DNA of 64,000 bases from Amphiscolops sp. MND2022 (Eukaryota), in assembly GCA_964187785.1 (NCBI GenBank), contig OZ076409.1, positions 75,394,001-75,458,000 on the forward strand, written 5' to 3'. The notes under the pieces are model-generated. The model was not told the DNA's origin, did not search any database, and was given only the letters and a program-made list of their open reading frames with translations. The position numbers were made by a program, and so were the translations under genes. Shown here piece after piece: positions 52,650 through 64,000 of this stretch (its first letter is position 1; every line of letters starts with the position of its first letter).

Positions 52650-53921
52650 GTGGCCGGAAATTTTTTTTTCAGCAAAATCTTTGCCATTGGGGGAGGGGCC
52701 CCGGATGGCCAGTAGTACGGTATAGCTTCCTACCAAATCCAGATGGAAAAAACGTGATTTTGGAAACTAGCCGTCAGAATTTGCTCAAATTTTGCATACG
52801 GCTTCCTATAACAATTCTAAGAACTAATCCCTACTGGCATTTTGCCCAAAAAACGCAAAAAGTTGGTCAAAATCTTAGTTTTTTGGTCAAAAAATTGCGT
52901 TTTTTCGAAAAAAAATTTTTTCAGAGACAATTACTCGTAACTGGTTCACCCAGCGCAAAAACGCCTAGCTGATTTTTTGTTGGGCACTTCATGAGGAGTG
53001 CGTATACAAATTTTCGTCCAAATCGGATAAAAGTTGATTGAGAAATAACTGAAAATTTGAGGCATTTTTTTGGAAATTTTTGAAATCCCAGTCTATCTCT
53101 GCCGTTTTTTGCCCAGATTTTTTTCCAGACACTCTCCTAAAGACCTCCCCTGGCCGGTTTACCTCCCAGCAAAACCATTTGGCCCTAAATACGGAGTTTC
53201 AGCATTCCAGCAAACCCCGGGTAAAAGATAAATGACTTAGAATTTTTTCGAAAAATTTTCAAAAATTTTTTTTTTCAAATTCAGGCCTCCTAAAGTAAAG
53301 AAACTTCCACACAACTAGGATTGCAAGTGATAGCATGTGGAAAGTGCTTGAATAGACGAGAAAAATGAGCTATTATACGACTCTGTAGCTTAACCTGACG
53401 TTGACTTATGATAATTTTAGTGTGAGCTTCGTTTGTGCTTAAAAAATTTAAAAAACCTAAAAGTCTTTTTAAGGTAATCAGGATACGTCCAATCAACCCC
53501 AGAGCTGTTATATTGCCGTTGTGTAGTAGAGCAACACCATTTAGAGTGTTTTGACCCATTTTGACAAGTTTTGATACAGTCTTGTTCATCCAATAGCTTA
53601 AAACAGTTGAGTACATTCCATCTCCCCCCTTGTGGGGGAGATGAGAATGTACTCGCTAAAAGTCAGGTACTATAGCGCCCATTTTGTTTTATTCGACGCT
53701 AGTGATGCTATTGCAGACGAATACAATAGTTTTGTCAAATCATGTTTGACATGATGAATCTTACTTTACCTTTAGTTTACGTTTACCTACTACTACAACA
53801 TCACATCCCTGACGTCAACGCCACATACCCACATCAACGCCCACCGTCCGTGGGCATGCCGAGGCATGCCCTTCGACGACGTATGCCAAATAGCGCCACA
53901 GGGCGCAAACTTGTCCGCTAG

Positions 53922-55180
53922 GTGGTCGGGGCGCTCTCCCAACCTCTTCCGCCGCCTCGGGGAGGGTCCTGATTGGCGGCACCCCTTATGGAAAACTTAC
54001 TGTTAGAAACGCACCAGTGTAATGCTGATTTCGAAAACCACCCGTACGATTTTGCTCAAATTTTGCATGTAGCTCCCAAATTCCAATACAAGAACTAATT
54101 CCTACTGCCATTTTTCCGGGAAAACTCAAAAAGTTGGTCAAAAATGACATTTTCTGAGTGAAAAATGGCCATTTTTTGACTTTTTTATTTTTGATCGGCT
54201 ATAACTTTTTCCAGGGTGCTCGGATCGAAAAAAGTTTGTATAGGTAAAGTTGTTCGGCACTTCGAGTAGAACTCGTAGACAAAGTTTGGTTGAGATCGGA
54301 TGAAAATTGACTGAGGAATAACCGAAAAACCATCGATTTTTTGAAAAAAATTTTGACACACTAGTATGACTCTGCCGTTTTTCGGCCAAAGTTCTTTCTA
54401 GAACCTCGTCTAAAGTCCTCCCCTGGCTGAATTACCTCCCAGCAAAACCATTTGGCCCATTTGCCGAAGTTTCAGCGTTCCAGCATTCCCCGGGTAAAAG
54501 ATAAATGACTTAGAATTTTTACAAAAAAATTTCAAAAAAAATTTTTTTCTTCAAGCTTCCCAAAGTCAAGGAACTTCCACACAACTAGTATTGCAAGTGA
54601 ATGCATGTGGAAAGTGCTCGAATAGACGAAAAAAATGAGCTATTATGAAGCTCTGTAGCTTAACCTGACGTTGACTTATGACAATTTTAGTGTGAGCTTG
54701 CTATGTCGTAAAAATGAAAAAAACTCAAAATCGAAGCTAAGTCTCATCCAAAACTCATCGGAATACGTTCAATCAACCCCAGAGCTGTTCAATCAGCGCT
54801 GTTTAGTGCAGCAACGCTATTTAGGGCCTTAGGATCCATTTTGGTAAGTTTTGAAACCGTCTTATCCTTCTAATAGCACAAAACAGTTTCGTACATTCCA
54901 TCTCCCTCTCGGGGGAGATGAGAATGTACTCACAAAAAACCAAGTATTACACCCCCATTCTACCAGTAGTGGCGTTACAAATGCAGCAGCGTGAGCTTTA
55001 CAGTAGTCTCTACGTGTGTTGACTCTGAGCTAAAAATGTATTTATATCACCAAACGTGAATGAAATGTTTTACTCCAAAATTATTTTACATTTAATATGT
55101 CATCAATGCACGCATTTCAATCTATCTACAACTACTACTACCTACCCCCGTGCTAGTCACGCACAAGCCTGCAGCGCTAG
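53922..55180 (+). repeat. Divergent 1259 bp unit lacking the GGGCATGCC dyad
   Basis: Central block (~54408-54515) and bulged hairpin (~54892-54929) are present. The last ~250 bp are unrelated to other tails but still end in GCTAG|GTG. Confidence 0.88.
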
Positions 55181-58100
55181 GTGCCGGGATTTCTATTCGA
55201 TAAAGTAAGTTGCGCGATTGGGTAGGGCCCCGTGAGCGCGCCCGTGTCTGTGTTTTTTGAACCTGAATTTGCGGGTGCCAAAATAGACGATCTCCTAAAC
55301 TATCCATACGATTTGGCTCAAATTTGGCATACGGGTTCCTGAGACAGATATAAGAACTAATTCCTACTGGCGTTTTGCCCGGAAAATTTTTTTTGTTGCG
55401 CAAACTTGAAATTTTTGACAAAAAAATGCGATTTTTTTTGAAAATTTTTTTTTGAGATGCCATATCTTTTTTCAGGGTGCCCGGAGCGGGACGCGTTAAA
55501 CTGATTATAAACTCTACGGTTCATGGGCTGTACGGGGAACCTATTTTTGTTGGAATCCGACTTGTAGATTTTGAGATATATTATCAAATTTGGGTGTTTT
55601 TTTTCCAATTTTTCGAAAAACCTGGTTTATCTCTGCCGTTTTTTGCCCAGATTTTTTTCTAGACCCTCTCCTAAAGGCCTCCCCTGGCCGGATTACGTCC
55701 CAGCAAAACCATTTGGCCCTAAATACGAAGTTTCAGCGTTCTAGCATTCTCGGGCGAAAAGTTGTGGGACTTAGAAAATTTTTTTTTAAAACGCAAAATG
55801 TGTAAAGTCAACTACAGGCCTCCCAAAGTCAAGGAACTTCCACACAACTAGGATTGCAAGTGGATGCATGTGGAAAGTGCTTGAATAGGCGAGGAAAATG
55901 AGCTATTATAAAACTCTGTAGCTAAACCTGATGTTGACTTATGACAATTTTAGTGTGAGCTTGCTGTGTGAAAAAAAATTTCAAAAATTGAAAATCGAAG
56001 CTAAGTCTCATCCAAAACTCATCGGAATACGTTCAATCCATTCCAAAGCGGTTTACTTCCAGCTATAGACTGCAGCAACACTATTCAAGACCATTGTACC
56101 CCTTTATATTAGTTTTGACATTGTATTATTCATCCGAGAGCACAAAGCAGTTGAGTACATTCCATCTCCCTTTCGGGGGAGATGAGAATGTACTCGCTAA
56201 AGAACAGGTACTACAGCCAATTTTTGTATTTATGCGAAGCCATTCTATGCTATTGCACATAACAACTATGCTATTGACTTAATTTTGCCTACACTTTGCT
56301 ATGACATATGCTAAACGTTTGGTCCTTACAACAACATACACATGACTAACGTCAACACCACATACTGTTACCAACGCCCACCGTCCGTGGGCATGCCGAG
56401 GCATGCCCTTCGACGACGTATGCCAAATACCTTCCAGCGACGCTCGCGCTCCCCGGCTAGGTGGCCGTGTCTTTTCGACGTGCTTTTGCATTGAGGAGTG
56501 GGTAGGGCCCCGCGACGACCTAGAAGAATTGGATGCTCACCGAAACGTGCAGAATTCTACGAGATCTCATAGTTTGAGCCATACGATTTTTCTGAAATTT
56601 GGCATGTGGCCTGGAATTGGTGAGTAGGTAAAACGTGTAGGAGGTAATTTTTCCCAAATTCCATTGTGAGAGGAGATATGGGCAAATAACGGACCCAAAA
56701 ATGGGGAAAATGCACTTTTTTCAAGTTTGTCAGCCAATATCTCATTTCCAGGTGCCCGTAGCGTTCCGCACGTGGACATCAATATTGCTCAGCGCTGTTA
56801 GAAGAGTGCGTGGACAAATTTTGGTTCAAATCGGACTGAAACTTGGCGAGAAATTAACGGTTTTTTGGGCGTTTCCGGGGTAAATTTTTTAACGGTCCAG
56901 CTTATCTTTGCCATTTTTTCGAAAATGTACTTGCCTAAAGGCCTCCCCCTGGCCGAATTTCCTCCCAGCAAACCCATTTGGCCCTAAATACGGAGTTTCA
57001 GCGTTCCAGCATTTCCGGGCGAAAAGTTGTGGGACTTAGAAAAATTTCAAAATTTTTCAAAAAATTTTTTTTCCGTTTTCCGCCCCCCCAGAGGGGAAAA
57101 GACCCCCCAACCAGTATTTTGAGGGATTGCATGTCGAAAGCCCTTGTTTTGACGAGAAAAATACCGTTTAGAACATCTTTTTATTTTAACTTGACGTTGA
57201 CTAATGACGTTTTGAATGTGATGTTTGGACGTGTGAGGCATGTGAAAAGTTGATGTTTTGAGTCTTTATCTCATGTGAAAGCGATTGAGATGCAAGCTGT
57301 ACTGCTCAAAACGTCTTTCGTTGTAGTTTTCCAGTGCCGCAATAACCTTTGATGTCATTTGAATATACTTTTCTTCGATATATTAACAATTTTATTGTAT
57401 TTATTCCAATTTTTGTTATCTTATAACTCAAAACAGTTGAGTACATTTCATCTCCCTTTCGGGGGAGATGAGAATGTACTCGCTAAAAACCTAGTGCTAT
57501 TGCGCCGCAATGATTGCAAAAGTTGTTTTTACTGCTGTTCCACAAGCATTTTTAAACTGACTTTTTTAAAACTATTAATTAACTTAAAGTACATTACTTG
57601 AACTTACTACTAATACCACCTATCTCTAACGTCAACGCCCCCCTGCTTGCATCAACGCCCACCGTCCGTGGGCATGCCGAGGCATGCCCTTCGACGACGT
57701 ATGCCAAATGCCCAGTGCCACGCAGTCTTTTCCCGCTAGGTGGCCGTGTCTTTTCGACGTGCTTTTGCATTGAGGAGTGGGTAGGGCCCCGCGACGACCT
57801 AGAAGAATTGGATGCTCACCGAAACGTGCAGAATTCTACGAGATCTCATAGTTTGAGCCATACGATTTTGCTGAAATTTGGCATGTGGCCTGGAATTGGT
57901 GAGTAGGTAAAACGTGTAGGAGGTGATTTTTCCCAAATTCCACTGTGAGACGAGATATGGGCAAATAACGGTCCCAAAAATGGCAAAAATGCACTTTTTT
58001 CAACTTTGTCAGCCCATATCTCGTTCCCAGGTGCCCGGAGCGGGACGCGTTAAGCTGATTATAAACTCTAGGGTGTTGAGGCTGTACGGGGAAGTCAGGC

Positions 58101-59008
58101 CCGTTCCGATCGGACCTGTAGTCTTGGAGAAATAACGGTATTTTTGGGGAACCTTTTCTAACGGTCCAGCTTATCTTTGCCATTTTTTCGAAAATGTACT
58201 CGCCTAAAGGCCTCCCCCTGGCCGAATTTACTCCCAGCAAAACCATTTGGCCCTAAATACGGAGTTTCAGCGTTCCAGCATTCCCGGGCGAAAAGTTGTG
58301 GGACTTGGAAAATTTTCAAAAATTTTCAAAAAATTTTTTTTTCGTTTTCCGGGCCCCCAATGAAGGGGAAACGACCCCCCAACAAGTATTTTGAGTGAAT
58401 TCATGTGGAAAGCCCTTGTTTTGACGAGAAAAATACCGTTTAGAACATCTTTTTATCTTGACTCAACGTTGACTTATGACGTTTTGAATGTGATGTAAGG
58501 ATGTAGGAGGCATGTGATAAGTTGATGTTTTGAGTCTTTATCTCATATGAAAGCGGTTGAGATGCAAGCTGTCCTGCTCAAAACGTCTTTCGTTGTAACT
58601 TTCCAGTGCACCAATACCCTTTGGTGTCATATAAACATACTTTTTGTCGATATATTAACAATTTTAATGTATTTATTCCAATTTTTATTATCTTATAACT
58701 CAAAACAGTTGAGTACATTTCATCTCCCTTTCGGGGGAGATGAGAATGTACTCGCTAAAGACCTAGCGCCATGACCAAAAGTTTGAAACCCACGTTTTTT
58801 ATCTTCTTACAGACTTGTTTTTGTATTTTTTCGGAATTTTTTAAAAATTAATATACTTGAAATACATTACTTGACTTTACTACTACAACCCACCTCCAAC
58901 GACAACGCCCCCCGGCTTGCATCAACGCCCACCGTCCGTGGGCATGCCGAGGCATGCCCTTCGACGACGTATGCCAAATGCCCAGTGCCACGCAGTCATT
59001 ATCGCTAG

Positions 59009-62000
59009 GTGCGGGGGGGAAACCCCAACAAATATATTGGAGGATTCGGGTAGGGTCCTGAATCCGATTTTAACTCTAATAGCTATCGATAGGAAATCTT
59101 GCAAAAATTTCGGGATCTCGTGATCTAACCATAGGATTTTAAAGTTGGAGCGGCCCCCACCAGATTTTCCGAAAATTAGCGCCCCCCACCGGGTTCCATA
59201 CCCCGGAAAATTTTTTTCTGGCCACACGGGCGACCGTTAGGGGGTCATTTTAGGGGTAAAAATCATATTGGGCCACATAACTTTTTTTCTGTTGATTTAA
59301 AACTTTGGAACCCTGCTAAAAGTTTCTTGACCGTGTTGCAGGGGCCCCGAAGGTCCAAACCAAATTTTTCTATCTTGAAGCTATCTCCAAGTACCCCCCC
59401 GCTCAAACCGTTATTTTTCCGGAAACGCAGGTTTTTGACCCGGAAGGAGTCGTCTGAGCGCGGGGTCGTTAGGTGATGTATTGGGGACGGCCTTGAGACG
59501 AAGTGGGGGACAAGTAGTTTGCCAACCTCAATTTACCCCCCGGACGGGAAATGACCGTTATATGAGCGTGAAAAATGCCCCCTCCACGTTTTACCGCTAT
59601 TTCCGGTGTGAAGGAGTGGGAGTAGCGCGTCGGGTGCCATATATCAAAAGTAGGTTTAGACAAGGACCTATCGGAAACATGTGGTTTGGGACCCCCTGGA
59701 CCAACCCGTTAGCGGGAAATGGGGCTTCCGCCTCCTTTTTTTACGGTTAAAAACGGAAAATGGGCATTGAGGGGTAAATATCTCGTGAACGCGTGGAGCA
59801 ATCGTGTCCATCACTACTACAAGGTTTCATACCCATGATATGGTGCCTTCAGGGGGGCAAACAGATTTCCGCTATCTATCACCGTTACGGACTTGGCCCC
59901 CCAGCCTAACCGCTATGTGACCGGAAATGTCACTTTTTGAGCCCAAAGGGTCGGTCCCAGCCGGGGAACGTTAGGTAACTTATTGTAGTACTCAGTGAGA
60001 CGAGTTGGGGGATATAGTTTCAGTCACCCCCCGTTACCCCTTGGGACCGGAAATGACCGTTATGTGGGTAAAATTGCAATTTTTATACTTTTTCAAGTGT
60101 ATTTAGGTGCGGAAGGAGTGGTAATAGGTGCTTGGACACTATATGAGGTAAGAGAGGACGTGAGGCGAGCATTCGGAAATAACCGTTATGTTGACCCTAA
60201 AGTCCCCCTGGTACCGTAAACGACCGGAAATGGTCAAATTTTGTGTCTATTGGGTACAAATGTTTTGTATTTTGTAGATAAAAGTATCTATTAGGTGTTT
60301 CGACGGACTACAGTAGTGAACATAGTCATGAAACCTTGTGGGGGGTAACGGTATATAGCACCGGAAGTCAAACCGTTGGAGACAGGATAGGTTTTTTGGT
60401 TTTAAAATGTCTTTCGGCGTAATTTTTTCGACTCTTGTGGACTATTTTTAAAAATTAAAGTTTTTCCATATAGTTTCAGAGACTCCGAAACCTCAACCAA
60501 CATAACCGTTACCTTATGATAGCCTTTCAAGTTGGCCTGGTGTCAACTTGGAAGCGCTATCCTTCTGAAATCGGTAATCAAGAGTGTTTTTGGGTAGGTA
60601 TATATTGCATTAGTACCAATTAGAGCTTCATCAACAGTGTATCAACGACAAAAACTATGCCGTCATGATTCCGTTATTAGAATCATAGTGAGCAAATTGT
60701 TGAAAAAAATGGTTTTTTCCATACAAAATGTGTCCTAAATGCCAGGAAACCTATTTACCTAACAAATGGTGTTAATTGGAATGTTTGTAACAGATTTATA
60801 AAAGTTCAAATTGAATATTACATTTCATTATGGAAGCTGAAACGTCATATTTTAGTTTAATTAACGTCAACGCCACACACTTTACATCAACGCCCATCGT
60901 CTGTGGGCATGCCGAGGCATGCCCTTCGACGACGTATGACAAATCCATATCAAACGACGCCCGTACATGCCGGGCTAGGTGCGGGGGGGTAACCCCTACA
61001 AAGATATTGGAGGATTCGGGTAGGGTCCTGAATCCGATTTTAACTCTAATAGCTATCGATAGGAAATCTTGCAAAAATTTCGGGATCTCGTGATCTAACC
61101 ATAGGATTTTAAAGTTGGAGCGGCCCCCACCAGATTTTCCGAAAATTAGCGCCCCCCACCGGGTTCCATACCCCGGAAAATTTTTTTCTGGCCACACGGG
61201 CGACCGTTAGGGGGTCATTTTAGGGGTAAAATTCATATTGGGCCACATAACTTTTTTTCTGTTGATTTAAAACTTTGGAACCCTGCTAAAAGTTTCTTGA
61301 CCGTGTTGCAGGGGCCCCGAAGGTCCAAACCAAATTTTTCTATCTTGAAGCTATCTCCAATTACCCCCCCGCTCAAACCGTTATTTTTCCGGAAACGCAG
61401 GTTTTTGACCCGGAAGGATTCGTCTGAGCGCGGGGTCGTTAGGTGATGTATTGGGGACGGCCTTGAGACGAAGTGGGGGACAAGTAGTTTGCCAACCTCA
61501 ATTTACCCCCCGGACGGGAAATGACCGTTATATGAGCGGGAAAATTGCCCCCCTCCACGTTTTACCGCTATTTCCGGTGTGAAGGAGTGGGAGTAGCGCG
61601 TCGGGTGTTATATAACAAAAGTAGGTTTAGACAAGGACCTATCGGAAACATGTAGTTTGGGACCCCCTGGACCAACCCGTTAGCGGGAAATGGGGCTTCC
61701 GCCTCCTTTTTTTAGTGCTAAAACCGTAAAATGGGCATTGAGGGGTAAATATCTCGTGAACGCGTGGAGCAATCGTGTCCATCACTACTACAAGGTTTCA
61801 TACCCATGATATGGTGCCTTCAGGGGGGCAAACAGATTTCCGCTATCTATCACCGTTACCGACTTGGCCCCCCAGCCTAACCGCTATGTGACCGGAAATG
61901 TCACTTTTTGAGCCCAAAGGGTCGGTCCCAGCCGGGGAACGTTAGGTAACTTATTGTAGTACTCAATGAGACGAGTTGGGGGATATAGTTTCAGTCACCC

Positions 62001-64000
62001 CCCGTTACCCCTTGGGACCGGAAATGACCGTTATGTGGGTAAAATTGCAATTTTCATACTTTTTCAAGTGTATTTAGGTGCGGAAGGAGTGGTAATAGGT
62101 GCTTGGACACTATATGAGGTAAGGGAGGACGTGAGGCGAGCATTCGGAAATAACCGTTATGTTGACCCTAAAGTCCCCCTGGTACCGTAAACGACCGGAA
62201 ATGGTCAAATTTTGTGTCTATTGGGTACAAATGTTTTGTATTTTGTAGATAAAAGTATCTATTAGGTGTTTCGACGGTTTGCAGTAGTGAACATAGTCAT
62301 GAAACCTTGTGGGGGGTAACGGTATATAGCACCGGAAGTCAAACCGTTGGAGACAGGATAGGTTTTTTGGTTTTAAAATGTCTTTCGGCGTAATTTTTTC
62401 GACTCTTGTGGACTATTTTTAAAAATTAAAGTTTTTCCATATAGTTTCAGAGACTCCGAAACCTCAACCAACATAACCGTTACCTTATGATAGCCTTTCA
62501 AGTTGGCCTGGTGTCAACTTGGAAGCGCTATCCTTCTGAAATCGTTAATCAAGAGTGTTTTTGGGTAGGTATATATTGCATTAGTACCAATTAGAGCTTC
62601 ATCAACAGTGTATCAACGACAAAAACTATGCCGTCATGATTCCGTTATCAGAATCATAGTGAGCAAATTGTTGAAAAAAATGGTTTTTTCCATACAAAAT
62701 GTGTCCTAAATGCCAGGAAACCTATTTACCTAACAAATGGTATTAATTGGAATGTTTGTAACAGATTTATAAAAGTTCAAATTGAATATTACATTTCATT
62801 ATGGAAGCTGAAACGTCATATTTTAGTTTAATTAACGTCAACGCCACACACTTTACATCAACGCACACCGTCTGTGGGCATGCCGAGGCATGCCCTTCGA
62901 CGACGTATACCAAATACATACCTAACGACGCCCGTACATCCCGGGCTAGGTGCGGGGGGGTAACCCCAACAAAATTTTTGGAGGATTCGGGTAGGGTCCT
63001 GAATCCGATTTTGACTCTAATAGCTATCGATAGGAAATCTTGCAAAAATTTCGGGATCTCGTGATCTAACCATAGGATTTTAAAGTTGGAGCGGCCCCCA
63101 CCAGATTTTCCGAAAATTAGCGCCCCCCACCGGGTTCCATACCCCGGAAAATTTTTTTCTGGCCACACGGGCGACCGTTAGGGGGTCATTTTAGGGGTAA
63201 AATTCATATTGGGCCACATAACTTTTTTTCTGTTGATTTAAAACTTTGGGACCCTGCTAAAAGTTTCTTGACCGTGTTGCAGTGGCTCCGGAGGTCCAAA
63301 CCAAATTTTTCTATCTTGAAGCTATCTCCAAGTACCCCCCCGCTCAAACCGTTATTTTTCCGGAAACGCAGGTTTTTGACCCGGAAGGAGTCGTCTGAGC
63401 GCGGGGTCGTTAGGTGATGTTTTGGGGACGACCTTGAGACGAAGTGGGGGACATGTAGTTTGCCAACCTCAGTTTACCCCCCGGACGGGAAATGACCGTT
63501 ATATGAGCGGCAAAAATGTCCCCCTCCACGTTTTACCGCTATTTCCGGTGTGAAGGAGTGGGAGTAGCGCGTCGGGTGCCATATATCAAAAGTAGGTTTA
63601 GACAAGGATCTATCGGAAACATGTAGTTTGGGACCCCCTGGACCAACCCGTTAGCAGGAAATGGGGCTTCCGGCCCGTTTTTTTACGGTTAAAAACGGAA
63701 AATGGGCATTGAGGGGTAAATATCTCGTGAACGCGTGGAGCTACGGTGTCCTTCACCACTACAAGGTTTCATACCCATGATATGGTGCCTTCAGGGGGGC
63801 AAACAGATTTCCGCTATCTATCACCGTTACGGACTTGGCCCCCCAGCCTAACCGCTAAGTGACCGGAAATGTCACTTTTTGAGCCCAAAGGGTCGGTCCC
63901 AGCCAGGGAACGTTAGGTAACTTATTGTAGTACTCATTGAGATGAGTTGGGGGACATAGTTTCAGTCACCCCCCGTTACCCCTTGGGACCGGAAATGACC
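59009..64000 (+). repeat. Homogeneous tandem array of a ~1.97 kb unit (family L): 59009-60978, 60979-62949, 62950-64000 partial
   Basis: Three consecutive near-identical copies starting GTGCGGGGGG after CTAG. Periods are 1970 and 1971 bp. Only end motifs are shared with the 1.28 kb family. Confidence 0.96.
60518..60561 (+). other. Family-L 44-nt bulged hairpin (second copy 62489-62532; related hairpin 52298-52340)
   Basis: GATAGC-CTTTCAAGTTGGC-(CTGGT)-GTCAACTTGGAAG-C-GCTATC: fully paired with two G.T wobbles and one bulged C. Confidence 0.8.

Larger units (their letters stand above)
1..59008 (+). repeat. Heterogeneous head-to-tail tandem array of ~1.28 kb non-coding units (45 complete + 1 partial; many subtypes)
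   Basis: CTAGGTG junction recurs every 1259-1316 bp (one unit 1389 bp). The GGGCATGCCGAGGCATGCCC dyad, the GAGTACATT...AATGTACTC hairpin and the CTAAAGGCCTCCCCTGGCC central block recur once per unit with few exceptions, all in the same orientation. Confidence 0.97.

Noticed and set aside
1..59008. Regular higher-order repeat, or concatenated kinetoplast minicircles
   Set aside because: Subtype order shows no fixed period within the window, and I did not see the minicircle CSB-3 sequence GGGGTTGGTGTA.
1..64000. rRNA, tRNA, 5S, snRNA or histone gene tandem cluster
   Set aside because: I recognised no such gene or Pol III A/B box pair in the units. An Rfam search is needed to exclude a divergent small RNA.
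1..64000. Assembly artefact from collapsed or concatenated reads
   Set aside because: Same-subtype copies carry distinct substitutions, and stems show compensatory changes. Not all junctions share a 6-bp restriction site, and all units are co-oriented, unlike ligation at a palindromic CTAG. Long-read confirmation is still advisable.

Overview
The whole 64 kb is a non-coding, head-to-tail tandem array with no credible protein-coding gene; the ORF track is repeat-derived noise. I count 48 junctions, all with the invariant heptamer CTAGGTG (CTAG starts at 1229, 2499, 3786, 5077, 6363, 7633, 8901, 10187, 11474, 12749, 14029, 15314, 16603, 17876, 19156, 20429, 21715, 23001, 24272, 25537, 26814, 28095, 29363, 30652, 31968, 33249, 34561, 35869, 37155, 38424, 39712, 40998, 42268, 43556, 44838, 46111, 47401, 48711, 49985, 51257, 52646, 53918, 55177, 56457, 57736, 59005, 60975, 62946). 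From 1 to 59008 there are 45 complete units plus one partial: 44 are 1259-1316 bp and one is 1389 bp. They belong to many divergent subtypes in a shuffled, non-periodic order. From 59009 a ~1.97 kb unit of a second family repeats homogeneously. Units of both families share the same end architecture: TCAACGCC direct repeats, a 20-bp dyad GGGCATGCCGAGGCATGCCC ~40 nt before the junction (also a near-perfect p53-family site; absent from one unit), the CTAGGTG junction, and a covarying stem-loop with a conserved KAGGG loop ~42 nt after it. A ~44-nt hairpin, usually with a single-base bulge, lies 270-410 nt before each junction. This looks less like a classical satellite and more like an array of discrete non-autonomous cassettes joined unit by unit at a specific site, possibly a rolling-circle/HUH-type or recombinase-type element system in a eukaryote. 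That mechanism and the host are inferences; no enzyme is encoded here. All coordinates and comparisons were made by eye.
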